Positions 1 to 12,199 of a DNA stretch of 40,161 nt are shown here, piece after piece. The position numbers were made by a program, and so were the translations under genes. The stretch is from Octopus bimaculoides (lineage: Eukaryota). Under the pieces are notes generated by a model. The model did no database searches. It was not told where the DNA came from and worked only from the letters and a program-made list of their open reading frames with translations. The stretch spans positions 34,306,909 through 34,347,069 of the forward strand of contig NC_068993.1 of assembly GCF_001194135.2 (NCBI RefSeq). The letters are read 5' to 3'. The first letter of the stretch is position 1. Each line of letters starts with the position of its first letter.

Positions 1-217
1 ATATATATATACCAGAGTAAGCACATAAATGCGAAGCAAGGTGGAAAAATATTACTCGAATAACAGAGGTAGAGTAATATGCTTTGTTAAAAAGCAGGAA
101 AAAATCACAAAAAAATTTACTCAGATTTTCACGTTCCCGTTTGTTGGACACACACATACACACACGCACGCACACACACACACACACATACACACATGCA
201 TATACACATACATATAT
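1..217. repeat. (AT)n and degenerate (CA)n microsatellites with unique spacer
   Basis: Seen directly: AT run at 1-11, CA-rich run ~149-217. The two ORFs here (HT repeats) are translations of it. Confidence 0.9.
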
Positions 218-358
218 ACGACAGGCGTCTTTCAACTTACGTTTTCTATATCCAAACGCAAGGCTTTGGTCGGCCCGAGGCTATAATAGAAGACAGCATT
301 AGAAGTCCCAAGGTGCCACGTGGCTGGTGAGCAAGCTTCTTACTACACAGCCACACCT
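218..358 (-). mobile_element. tRNA-derived SINE (family A) 5' fragment
   Basis: Matches the 5' half of the full copy at 36831-37244 (caaggctttggtcggcccgaggctata..gaagac; agcaagct..ttac.acacagccac), with an internal deletion. Confidence 0.8.
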
Positions 359-390
359 GTATATCAGAAGCATCAAAAGATTTAATTAAA

Positions 391-735
391 AAAATCAACG
401 AAGTAAAATACTCTCACAAACAGCTTCCATATTCAGCAACAGTGGAAAGGCTTGAGTTGGAAATACTTCATTTGCAGACCAAAATGAAACCTGCATCGAA
501 AATCAAAGAGCTGTAGAGGAACAGTGGGTAATCAAAAAAGTCAAACAGAACCTATATGCCCATAGACACAGGACCGTTGTCTCATCCGTTGGGCCACTGA
601 TGGATGATAACGGCTTTCAACATGATGCTAATGAAATGGCAGAATCTGTTGGAAGGGCCTTTTAACAAATTTTTACCGTTAGAGAACCATGAAACTTTCG
701 GGCTTCTCGAAAATGGAGGTGAGTTACCTCCTCTT
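391..735 (+). mobile_element. Decayed LINE ORF2 fragment (CR1/L2-like EN-RT linker)
   Basis: Manual translation EEQWVIKKVKQNLYAHRHRTVVSSVGPLMDDNGFQHDANEMAE resembles the linker motif IGPL.D..G....D..EMA of CR1/L2-group LINEs; frameshifted. Clade assignment is inference. Confidence 0.45.
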
Positions 736-751
736 ATATATATATATATAT

Positions 752-1518
752 NNNNNNNNNNNNNNNNNNNNNNNNNNNNNNNNNNNNNNNNNNNNNNNNN
801 NNNNNNNNNNNNNNNNNNNNNNNNNNNNNNNNNNNNNNNNNNNNNNNNNNNNNNNNNNNNNNNNNNNNNNNNNNNNNNNNNNNNNNNNNNNNNNNNNNNN
901 NNNNNNNNNNNNNNNNNNNNNNNNNNNNNNNNNNNNNNNNNNNNNNNNNNNNNNNNNNNNNNNNNNNNNNNNNNNNNNNNNNNNNNNNNNNNNNNNNNNN
1001 NNNNNNNNNNNNNNNNNNNNNNNNNNNNNNNNNNNNNNNNNNNNNNNNNNNNNNNNNNNNNNNNNNNNNNNNNNNNNNNNNNNNNNNNNNNNNNNNNNNN
1101 NNNNNNNNNNNNNNNNNNNNNNNNNNNNNNNNNNNNNNNNNNNNNNNNNNNNNNNNNNNNNNNNNNNNNNNNNNNNNNNNNNNNNNNNNNNNNNNNNNNN
1201 NNNNNNNNNNNNNNNNNNNNNNNNNNNNNNNNNNNNNNNNNNNNNNNNNNNNNNNNNNNNNNNNNNNNNNNNNNNNNNNNNNNNNNNNNNNNNNNNNNNN
1301 NNNNNNNNNNNNNNNNNNNNNNNNNNNNNNNNNNNNNNNNNNNNNNNNNNNNNNNNNNNNNNNNNNNNNNNNNNNNNNNNNNNNNNNNNNNNNNNNNNNN
1401 NNNNNNNNNNNNNNNNNNNNNNNNNNNNNNNNNNNNNNNNNNNNNNNNNNNNNNNNNNNNNNNNNNNNNNNNNNNNNNNNNNNNNNNNNNNNNNNNNNNN
1501 NNNNNNNNNNNNNNNNNN
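752..1518. other. Assembly gap (N run)
   Basis: N run. Other gaps: 1825-1907, 5398-5542, 8854-8995, 16583-16790, 17725-17964, 21017-21042, 23021-23217, 27730-27873, 34096-34684. Confidence 0.99.
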
Positions 1519-1784
1519 ATTTTTCTTTCAATGAAGCCTCTAGCCCCCACTGCCAGATGGTAGTACTCGACACTCCATCCCTGTTCTCTGCACTCTTCGA
1601 TTAGTTTTTCATATCTCTTCTCCTTTCGTTTCTCTGCATTGTCGATGTTTTCTTCCCATGGTACTGTCAGTTCTGGCAAGATTCCTATTCTCTGTTCTGT
1701 GTTCCATATGACTAAATCTGGTCTTTTTGTTGTTTTTATAAGTGGAAAAATTGCTAGACTTCCCAAATCCGTGGCCAGCTCCCA

Positions 1785-1786
<2 letters not shown>
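1519..1786 (-). mobile_element. REL-endonuclease non-LTR retrotransposon fragment (HERO-like)
   Basis: Open frame WELATDLGSLAIFPLIKTTKRPDLVIWNTEQRIGILPELTVPWEENIDNAEKRKEKRYEKLIEECREQGWSVEYYHLAVGARGF contains the RPD...ELTVPWEE...KY..L...GW...VG.RG restriction-like endonuclease signature. Runs into a gap. Confidence 0.8.
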
Positions 1787-1824
<38 letters not shown>

Positions 1825-1907
1825 NNNNNNNNNNNNNNNNNNNNNNNNNNNNNNNNNNNNNNNNNNNNNNNNNNNNNNNNNNNNNNNNNNNNNNNNNNNN
1901 NNNNNNN

Positions 1908-1956
<49 letters not shown>

Positions 1957-1996
1957 GAAAGAAAGGGAGCTTTTCAGTTAGGTGGAGGCAGTAGAA

Positions 1997-2356
1997 TGTC
2001 AGAGAACATCGCTGGAATAAGTTAACTGATGATCAGTGACGCAACTGATTTTTATTTACATCACTATCATAGATGTACACAGTTCGCTTATTGCCTTCAC
2101 AACTAATATTCAGTACTAATAACATTTGCCTCCTTCAACAAACTTCAGTGTTTGCGTTTGTGTAACTGTTATATCTCAAACTACTGCTATCTAGCACCTT
2201 CAGATGATCTCTACTCAACCGCTACACAACTGCTACTCGACTGCTACTCAACACTCCTACCACGGCCAGACTACCTCTATTTATATGTCTTGGGAGATCC
2301 CACTTCTTCGCCTGGGGGGCGTCGACACAACAGTAACATATCAATGTTATGTAACA
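1997..2356 (-). mobile_element. Possible solo LTR
   Basis: TG...CA ends with imperfect 13-bp terminal inverted repeat (TGTCAGAGAACAT vs TGTTACATAACAT, 10/13); minus-strand TATAAATA (~2277-2287) and AATAAA (2051-2056). No TSD found. Confidence 0.35.
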
Positions 2357-4089
2357 TATTCCAATATCTATATCATATCTACATAGTATGAAACAGAATG
2401 ACACTATTCCAATATTTAAACCCTTGAAAACCTTTTCCTCCCAAAAATTTGCTTGAATGCTTTTATTTTGAACGAACCGACTGGTACCGTAAAGAGATAT
2501 CAACTTCAAAATACTGTTTCTGATTCTCGATATAAAACCATTTTCTTTGAAACCTACAGATAATGTCATCAAGAAAGATACTATAGATGACACAATAAAT
2601 ATACTGCTCTGTTAAACGTGTATATAAACTCGTATCTAGTTAAGAATAATTTATATTAAGCAACAAAAGAGAGAACAAAAATCGGAAGTAATCCTAACTA
2701 GATAAACTTCATCTGCAAGTTTAATTTGCAATTTCTTGTTAAAGACTGCGTAGGAAAATAAACAAAGTCCCTGAGAGATAGTTGAGCAGGCAAACAAACA
2801 AGCTATAGATGAGACAGCGGGAATCAGTTTTTAACTGATATGTTCTGGTTTATAAATAGAAACTTACTAGTTGCAAGCAGCAAGGCTGCTAAAGCTGAAT
2901 GCAGGTTGCAGGTCGTTGACATTAGTAAGATTAAATCTCTTGCCGTGACCCACTTAAGAACAACACATTAGCTTTCACTTGCACCATATTAAGATACAGC
3001 TTACAATCGGCGTCAGTCTTTTTTTCTTTTCGGTGCATTTGAATGCACATTTTAGAATTAATCATGTGTTTGTATTTTGCTTATAAGCAGTGAAGCCAAG
3101 GCGTTAACTGCTGTATGGATGCTCTTTGTGTAATGAAATCCAGGCAAATAATAAAATGTGAGAAATTCTGAAGATTGTTGCAGGTATAGGGTAACGCAGA
3201 AGTCGCACTGGGATGGGGATTCATGAGTTCTTTTAGAACTTCAATTTTATATATCGTTTAAATTCTATAAGAATTTCTGAATCAGCCTTAAATCGCTACG
3301 TAATAAATTTTTCTGTTGAAACAACTAATATTTTAGCTATCGCTACAAGAGCAACATATACATTTTAAGCAAAATAGGCAGAAGTTCTCTATAGTTTGTA
3401 ATCAGCTGAGAATAATATGGGTTGTTTTGAGTAAAATTGTAAGAAATCTATATTGTTTGAAGGTGCATATTTGATGTTTTCAGACGACAACAACAAAAAC
3501 AAGAAGAGAAATATCATCATTTACAACTACTGCAATAGCAGAAGATACAAAAAGAAAAAAAAAACCCAGCAACATCAATAGCAGTAACAAAACTGAGAAG
3601 GAGCGTTTCACTCAGTGTTAAAGGATGGCTAGAATGGAATTTTAGATGCTTGACGGCATTGTGTGAGAGTAACTGATAGGAGATTTGAGTTAAAATGTAC
3701 CTTGCATGGCAAGCTGTTCGCAGTTCACAGTAGGTGGCTACACAGACAAGAACATCAATAATAGTAGCATTAACAGATGCAGTAACAATTAGTTTTCTCT
3801 ACAATTCGGAAGATCAACAGTGAGTTAATGCATTTCATACACACGCAAAAAAAAAGAGGAAAAAAGGCATATGGGGCGGGAAGTAAAGAAATTCCTCTCA
3901 AAGTTAAAAACAGAATGACTGCTGATATAGGCGATACCATGAATTTACTCAGAACTTTGAAAGGAGTTCCTCGTGACGTGCTTGGGATACTTCCTTTTCA
4001 GAACGAAGTATCCCTCAAGCTGCAGCCTCGGATTACCAATACTTTGAACAAAGTGATTTTCCCCCATTACTTCGCAATCCAATATGCCG

Positions 4090-4460
4090 GAAATATGAGT
4101 ACCTCGCATAAATGCACATTGGCTGCGGGTAGATAAACGATCTCAGGTCGCTAAATCTAGATGTGGTGGATATTAGTAGATTAGAATTCTTTTGTTGATC
4201 CATGCCTTTTTCGGTCGGTTCGTTCCAACTTGTGTGTCAGTGCTTTTTAGGAACGACACGGATCTAGAAGACAAGTACAACCATCATCGTCCTGGAAGGT
4301 AAGCTAGTGGCTTTAGATGGTATCAGTAGAGGAAATGTCAGTGCTTTCAAACTAGTGACCATTTATACCCTGACAGGTGCTGGAGAGCCAGATGTCTGCG
4401 GACATCTGGGGACTCTCCTTGGATCATTTTTCTCAGTAGAGGTAGCAGATGACTGGAATG
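4090..4460 (+). mobile_element. L1/Tx1-clade LINE APE endonuclease relic
   Basis: Frameshifted translation INAHWLRVDK / DLRSLNLDVV / VSVLFRN / LEGKLVALD..AFKLVTIYT..GAGEPD..VADDWNVIL follows the APE motif order (N.RGL, DV, VY.P, GDWN). Confidence 0.6.
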
Positions 4461-5242
4461 TAATTTTATGAGTTTTTGATAAAGAGTGTGGTATAAAAGA
4501 TATGAATCATGCTCACGTGTTTTCATGCAGAGCTCTTTCTTCTAGCTAGTGTTTAACAACGCTATCTAATCTATTCGTCTTAATTTGCCTACCAGAGTAG
4601 CAAGTCATTCTATGGCAAGTATGGACAACATTTTTCGAGAAACTGGCCGCATGAGACATGACTCATCAACAGGCAGACCTTACTACTAACAAAATTCAAA
4701 ATAAATTTTTGTTAGACTTGCCATTCAGAAAGTCCTTCGAGCTGCAGTTTGCCCACGACTATCCTAAAGTATAGCTATTTTGTTATTCTATAAATCTCTC
4801 CAGTTTATGTTCATATCGCCATTTTCCTGTCGGTATTTGATACTGAAATCATAAGAAATATCTTAATGTCTTAACTCTGTCATGTCTATCCATGTATTCC
4901 TTATGGACCACTAGAGAAACTCTGCACGTATATTATTGTGTGATTAATGTAATATACATTCTTCTTTATGTCATCTACAATCATTGTAATTATTATCTAA
5001 TAGAAAAGCTATCACTTTTGTATTTTATATCATCTTCTCGTTTGTTATGTACATCTCTTTAACTGTTTTATTTAGAAAATTTAGTCTCTTTATATCTAAA
5101 TATCATGGAAAACGCAAATCTAGTAATTTACAACGATTTAATGAATACTGTTAATTTAGTGAATACTTTTGAGACAGTGGGACAGATAGAAAGAGAAGGT
5201 GAGAAGGGGAAAGAGATTGGGTTAAAGAGAAAGAGAGATTAA

Positions 5243-5287
<45 letters not shown>

Positions 5288-7106
5288 GGTTAATATACAG
5301 TTTAAGACCCGGTCACGAAATCAAAAATAAACCAGCCTGTATATATATATGTATATATATATACAAACATACATACATACATACATATATACATACANNN
5401 NNNNNNNNNNNNNNNNNNNNNNNNNNNNNNNNNNNNNNNNNNNNNNNNNNNNNNNNNNNNNNNNNNNNNNNNNNNNNNNNNNNNNNNNNNNNNNNNNNNN
5501 NNNNNNNNNNNNNNNNNNNNNNNNNNNNNNNNNNNNNNNNNNAGAGAGAGAGAGAGAGAGAGAGAGAGAAACGTTGACGACGGGTTACAGAATTCCATTG
5601 CTTTTCTGAGAATGCTTGGCTTTCTCGAAATATCAGTCACGCTTATTTGCACTTTCTTTCTCTCTTTCTCTTACTTTCTCTTCCTAATTTTACCTTTATT
5701 GAAATATGGAAGAAGCATAGTAAAAATGATATTTCAAAGTGCTGGCTATCAGGGACAGATTTTTTAGTGTATGGATTCTTCTATTCTCTTCATCAGTCAA
5801 CTTTTCGAATTGAATTCATCGGAGCAACTTTTTATGTAATCAAACGATCTGCTACAATTAATCGTTCAGTTTCTCTCAACCGTTACCCCCTACTGCCTTA
5901 AAAAGAACTTACAGACTGGATAGTGCAACCTGGAGACATGTTGTCTGAAACAAAACAGTGGACTGTTTACAGCTAGAAAGTCGGTCGAATGACGAGAAGT
6001 AGACATTAAAGTATAAAGACACCGACATAAAGATCAAAACGAAACACGAGAAAAAAGTCGGAGGCCTCGATACAAAGAGTTCGTCGAAAAGGTTAAACTA
6101 TTCCATCACAAAAGTTACAAACATACAATATACCGACACGATACAACAAATGCTCAATTAAACGTATTTGAAATTACAATAAAGTTGAAACACAGACAAT
6201 CAGATCTATCGCTCTTCATTTCATGTCAAAGTGTCCTGACACAAACCAGATCAAAGCCAATAACCGCGGCGGTGCCTTCTATGTGGAAACATATGCCTAC
6301 TTGTTCACAGTCGATTTAAAACGCAGTAACAGCGGCACCCACCACGGGAAACAGTGACAAAGACATTCTAATACTTTGAGAAAAGTAATTTGGATTATAG
6401 TATCCAAATATCTTGTGTGAATAAAAACAAAGGTCGGATTTCCACGGCTGTAATAACCTTTAATCTAATTAAGGCATTTTTAATTTTGGTCAATCAGAGA
6501 AGTACTAGGTTTAAACAAAAACGACAACCAGCATTGCAAAATTGTGCACGTCACAATGAAAAATACAACCACAGCAACATCGATAAATTTTATTGATAAT
6601 GATAACGATTATTTTTCTACAAAAGCTACACAAAAACATTGTGAATATTACAAGATGACACCAACGCTCTGAAATCTTTTTTATAGAAATAAAATTTTAA
6701 ACACACGCGATATCCATTAGCAAAAGGACATAAAGCTAGTTCTTCAAGTCCTTAAAAACAATATCAGTGTTTTAGACAAGCCACATTAAAGCGAATTTAT
6801 TATAATATACTTAAAATCATGTGCATTACCCATACACGCAAACAATAATAACTGGACATTAATAACATTCGCTATTACATTAAAAAATGCCAGTATCCAA
6901 AATAACATCCAGCAACATGAAATACATTGATATAAATATAAGCAATAACGAAACGCAGCACTGTATATCCACTATGCTAATCACTAAACAACATCATGAA
7001 ACAGCCAAACACCAAGGAAGGTATATTTCATTGTAGACTGCACTTCATGTTACAGAACCAGTACAGTTAACAAAATATTACAAATTAACTCCTTCTACAT
7101 CCTAAA

Positions 7107-7353
7107 GGCGTGTGCATCGCAAGGTCGAGAGTCAATTCCCCGCGACACGTTGTGTGCTTGTGCAAAAGACTTTATTTTACGTTGCTCCAGTCCACCCAGC
7201 TCGCAAAAATGAGTGAGCCATCATTGTCACATTCTGTGTCACTGAATCTGAGAAATACGTTAAAGGTACATGTATTTGTGGAATTTCATGAGCAGGTTGT
7301 TCCGTTGGTCGAATCCACTGGAGCCCACGTCAAGGTAACCGACGGAGTGCCAG
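7107..7353 (+). mobile_element. SINE family B, tail type 1
   Basis: Core tgtgtgcttg.gcaa.a.actttattt.acgttgctccagtccacccagct.gcaaaaatgagt shared with 8380-8490 and 35353-35616; followed by a distinct ~140-bp 3' region ending gtaaccgacggagtgccag. Confidence 0.7.
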
Positions 7354-8379
7354 TTAAACACCATAAATGACATACCAACACCTCCATTTGAATCCCTATA
7401 TCAGCAAGCAGAATCAAAACTTAGACATCAGTCAAAATTACAAAACTATCTTCACTTTAAAAAATCCCGATGTAACCGCTTGCAGCAGTACATTCTTAGC
7501 ATTTACCGTTACCACAATTACCAGCATAGATAGTGCAGCAAATACATTATCGTGATTGTTAAACCTTTCGTAAATCAACATAATTCAACATAACGCTAAA
7601 CTGAAATACCTGGCCTGATAAATACTAGAGACAAAAAAACTGACTCTAATTACAAAAGAAATATAAGTCGCGTAAATCAAGTAATAAATATTTTCACTAC
7701 AAAACAAAAAGTTAAGTTATGCATAATCATAGCCACATTATCAACAGTAACATGTCATATCCCCCCAATACCTTATTCAGGTAATATATCCCTACTCCAG
7801 CAAACACCTTTCAACTATCAATCACCAAAAGTTATACGAAGATGATACATAACCGCCTAAACATACAGTTTTACCTGAATGATCACGTTGATATATTCTG
7901 TAATAATTGTAATAGTAAATATCCAACTAAAATAGTTTCTCACAGACTGTTATGCGCCAATGTATTCACTCAAATTCCAAGGAAATTTTATTATTTATTT
8001 CCCCAAACCATAAACATTCCAGGTTTTCTAGTCACAGCTGAATTCAAGTCTACTTTGTACAAATGTTACTCTACAAAGATTAAATGGTGGCCTCAATAAT
8101 AAGCAAAGGAACTAGCAGCAGATACCGACTGGTTTTGTACTACATCCCATGTTCTCCACATAAATGACAATCACCTTGAGAAACTATAAAAAACACTGGT
8201 GAAATAATAATTTCCTATACCACCAAGCCTGTGTAATATACAATCACAAGGAATATAGAAACTGTAATCTCCAAAACTGTGTCACGTGATAGCTTCTTTC
8301 ATCCTCTCTTTTTAATTCATATATAAGCAAGCTTAGTTCACCATCATAATCATACAAAAGTGTTCCTACGGAGATGACA

Positions 8380-8490
8380 TCAGGATCGCAAGGTCGTGAG
8401 TCAATTCCCGGCGACACGTTGTGTGCTTGAGCAAGACACTACACTTTATTTCACGTTGCTCCAGTCCACCCAGCTGGCAAAAATGAGTTC
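8380..8490 (+). mobile_element. SINE family B, truncated after core
   Basis: Near-identical to 7115-7215 over ~100 bp. Confidence 0.75.
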
Positions 8491-8689
8491 ATCAAGCATA
8501 CCTTTACACAAGAATTGCAAGCCTACCCAAAACACACAAAACCGTAGCTCCAAAACATGCTTGCAGCGGTTTTTTGATAACAGACACGAAATAAAACTAA
8601 CAATTGTTTTAACAGCAACAAAGCTTATATCAGGCTGAGTAAAATGTAAGTAACGTTTTGAAACATGAAATTCATCACAATGCTGGAAT

Positions 8690-10350
8690 TTTATTCATCA
8701 AACTAAGCACCATTACAATCAACACATTTTTGCCGATGAAATACAAGTTTGTTTATTCCGGTAACATAGAAATCTGGAGTTCTGGAGCTGATGGCCTCTT
8801 TGAATGCACTTTCAGCATCGGTTTGATTTTTGAACTCCTTCTCTCGCAGGAAGNNNNNNNNNNNNNNNNNNNNNNNNNNNNNNNNNNNNNNNNNNNNNNN
8901 NNNNNNNNNNNNNNNNNNNNNNNNNNNNNNNNNNNNNNNNNNNNNNNNNNNNNNNNNNNNNNNNNNNNNNNNNNNNNNNNNNNNNNNNNNNNNNNCCTCT
9001 TTGAATGCACTTTCAGCATCGGTTTGATTTTTGAACTCCTTCTCTCGCAGGAAGCCATCAAGGTGCTGGAAAAAAGTGGTAGTCGGTAGGAAAAAGGTCT
9101 GGGGGGATAAGCTGCGCGGGGAAGAACTTCGTAGCTAAGTTTCCGCAACCTCTGGAGTGTCATTAGTGATCGAGCATTGTCATGAAGAATGATTGATCCT
9201 CTTCTGTTGACCAGTCTGATACGGAGGAGTGGTAGTTTTTCGTTCATTTTGGCAATTTCATGGCAATATGTCTCTGCAGTAATGGTCTTTCCGAGTTTTA
9301 AGAAGTTATAGTGGATGAATCTAGCAGAACACCACCAAACAGTCACCATAACCTTCTTTTTGAAGAGCTTGGGTTTAGGGAAGGTTTTCGTTGCTTCACT
9401 TTGGTCTACCACTGCGAAGAACAATGTTTATTATTGTACAGAATCCACTTTTCATCGCAAGTTACAATACGGTCGAGAAATGGATCGGTCTGGTTACGGA
9501 GAAGAAGCGACGAGCGAATTTCACATCTGCACATTTTCTAATTTTCTTTCAAATCGTGTGGTACTCATTGAGCTTTTTTGATTTTCCGATCGCATGCAAA
9601 TGGTTTCAGGCAGTTTGCTGGCTAGCTTGAGATTCTTTTGCTAGTTCTCGAGTAGTTTTACGTGGATCTTTCTCAATGACGGCCTTTATTTGACCATCAT
9701 TGATGACACATGGGCATTCACTAAGCTCACGATTTTCAAGGTTCAGGTCTTCACTGCGAAATTGTTTAAACCATTTTCCAGCTGACCACTCACTGGTCAT
9801 TTCCTTACCAAAAGTTTCGTTGCTTTTTTTTATTTTCCATACCGGGACACACAGAGGGGGACAAAATAGTAAAACATGTGGGACATAAAACATATAAAAT
9901 AAAACAAAAATGTATGTTATAATGCATGAAAATATGAATGTGAAAAATGTAAACGGAACAACTCGCCCCACTTACGAGTGGCCTCATTTTCTGCCTTTTG
10001 AACGCTGATCCTTCTAAAAGATCAATTCCCGTCTCCTCTATCGTATGTTGTAATACCGGGGAGTGAGTTCCAGCTGCAGTCCACCTCCCAAAAACTAAAT
10101 CCGACCTCAAACGCAAGTATTCTTTCCTCCTGCCTCTTATCAGGTACCACACACTTGTGATATCTCTCAAACCGCTGCAAGCAGCACACATCACTCAATA
10201 TTTTCACAAACGCAATAAACAAAATAGTACAGTAGATTCGAACCGAACGTTTCGTTGATATTCACGAGTAGTTTCAGCTACTTTACGTCCTTTTTTGAAG
10301 TTGAATAGTGAAATTGCTCGAATATCGCGCTTTGACAATTCCATTTCAGA
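8690..10350 (-). pseudogene. Mariner transposase pseudogene
   Basis: MELSKRDIRAISLFNFKKGRKVAETTR (HTH), FLDRIVTCDEKWILYNN (D1), KKVMVTVWW, LHDNAR (D2), PDLFPTDYHFF (D3), TGINKLV..KCVDCNG; several frameshifts and an insertion. Confidence 0.92.
9823..10248 (-). mobile_element. 5'-truncated L1/Tx1-like LINE 3' end nested in the mariner
   Basis: 9-bp TSD gtttcgttg at 9814-9822 and 10249-10257; in minus sense ends with a T-rich 3' UTR then AATAAA-AAAAAAA. Clade is inference from poly(A) tail and TSD. Confidence 0.8.
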
Positions 10351-11269
10351 TGATTGTAACAACGGTGAAATAATATCAAAAAAATGTTTTGAAATATTCA
10401 TAACTCTGCAAAAATCCGGAACAAATTCTTCATGGTTCAAAACGTTGCTTACTTTTTAGTCAACCTGATAGCATTCCATCAACTAGTTCACCCGCTTAAG
10501 CACATATGTATCATCGAGTGAGAAAGCGATTGATATGCTTGATATCAAAAAACGAAACATCTTTCAAATCTTGTGCCGCTAATATTGAAGAGGGAAAAAG
10601 TACATTAGATAATGGAGTTGTAGTATCCCCAATGACATACAATAGTCATGGCTGAAGTATGTATGTAGAATAATGTATGGAGGAAATTTGACAGCTATTT
10701 CTGGCAGGCGAGTAACAGTATACATGTACACTCATTCAGCTCATTGTCGAACATGCCGTGATTCGAACTTCAAAAGTCATAAGTCATGATTCAATAATTT
10801 TGTTGACATCCTATTCTTCTCAGATCAGCAAGGATAGCAAGACGATGCGCCTTGCAAAACAGGTATACATTTACGAATTTCTTAAACAATATTATGTGAA
10901 ACATTAAATTACGTTTGCATGGAAGCATTAGTTTTGGCTAATGTTGAAATTCTGAATGCAAAATATATCAGCAACATAGCTGAACAAATATTGCTACCTT
11001 GAGTTATAGAAAGGTGCGTTATACAGAGATATTTATTAGGCTTAAACCATTGAATATATCAAGATTCCAGAAATTATCTATATCTATTGAATATACATAA
11101 AAATCATTGTGAATGAACTCACATATTCATTTATATTTTCGTACTCGACGACATTTTCACTGTAGAAAGAAACTGAAACTGCATAATCTTAATAGCTTCC
11201 GAAAATGGCTCGTATTCATCAAAGGTGAGGAAGATGTCTCATGCATGTTGAATAAGAGTTGAACTGTAG

Positions 11270-11370
11270 CACACCTATTGGTTTAGAAGTTCGCTTCGTA
11301 AACATGGGCTTCGAAGTTTGGTCTCACCGTATTGCAACATAGACAAATGTCTTCTATCATAACTATTAGC
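11270..11370 (+). mobile_element. Highly diverged SINE family A head
   Basis: tggtttagaagttcgcttc..aacatgg..gacaaatgtcttctatcataac aligns loosely by eye to the reverse complement of 37140-37240. Confidence 0.35.
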
Positions 11371-12199
11371 ATTTGACTAACTTGGTGAGGGTTGTCAAGC
11401 GGTGCCTGCGCATATGTTTGTGTGCGTATGTATGTGTTCGAGTGTGCGCACGCGTGTGTCTGTGTGAATGGCTTTCCTGGTGATCATCAGCAATGACTCT
11501 AATGATCTGCTCTCTCTCTTTCCCTACTCCATGACATCTTCTAATCTGCAATGTCATCTTGCAAAGATTTGTGTATGGGCGTAGTGTTTAGTAGGAAGAA
11601 GGGAGTGTGTGTCTGTTCGAGCATATTTGCTGGTGTGTGTGAATGTGTGTTCTGGCGTATGTACTGGTGTGTGTGTGCTTGTGTGTATATGGTGCAGTTG
11701 GTTGTTCTATGAGGGATTGTATGCAAGTGTGTGCACAATTTTGTGAATATGCTTTTTTACTTCTTTGTGTGCACTCATGCATACATACACACCTCCTGAC
11801 GTGCTGATGTGTGATATAGTGGGTTAGATGAGTGAATGAGAAAGTGACTGCATAGTTGTGTGAATCTGCTTTTGTATGTATGTATGTATGTATGTATGTG
11901 TGTGTGCGTGCGCGTGCGCGTGCGCGTGCGTGTATGTGCGTGCGCGCACTTATTTGTGTACGTTTTTCTGCGTGTCCAACTGTGTGTGTATCTGCATGTT
12001 TCTGTGAGTATTGTAGATGTGTGCTGAAATATTAGTAAATACGTCGTTCCTATTCTGTTGTCATTCTAAAATTTTTATTTATTATTTTCTTCCCCTTTTG
12101 TTCCCCAGTACACGTTTATTGGTGTGTAATACAATGTGTTGGGAGTGAGATGAGACCAAAAAACTTCGGCAATTTATAGAAGACCATTTGACAGCAGTC

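Larger units (their letters stand above)
8630..10468 (-). mobile_element. Mariner DNA transposon (DD34D, Hsmar1/cecropia-like), near full length, inactive
   Basis: TIRs TCAGGCTGAGTAAAATGTAAGTAACGTTTTGAAACATGAA (from 8630) and TCAGGTTGACTAAAAAGTAAGCAACGTTTTGAACCATGAA (rc, ending 10468); TA at 8628-8629 and 10469-10470. About 1.2 kb after removing the nested insertion and gap artefact. Confidence 0.95.

Noticed and set aside
5294-5345. TACAG...CTGTA mini Tc1/mariner-like element
   Set aside because: Only 5 bp of inverted match, next to (TA)n; expected by chance.
5600-5640. Hairpin followed by GAAATATC, hammerhead-like
   Set aside because: No CUGANGA core upstream of the stem.
8795-9054. 59-bp direct repeat (8795-8853 and 8996-9054) inside the mariner
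   Set aside because: Identical copies abut an N-gap and the transposase reads through when merged: overlapping contig ends, not biology.
10232-10248. GGTTCGAATC B-box at the 5' end of the nested LINE (tRNA chimera?)
   Set aside because: Ten bases only, no other tRNA features.
12085-12150. Strong polypyrimidine acceptor and 36-nt exon candidate
   Set aside because: Weak donor, no recognisable peptide, and adjacent to a decayed PLE.
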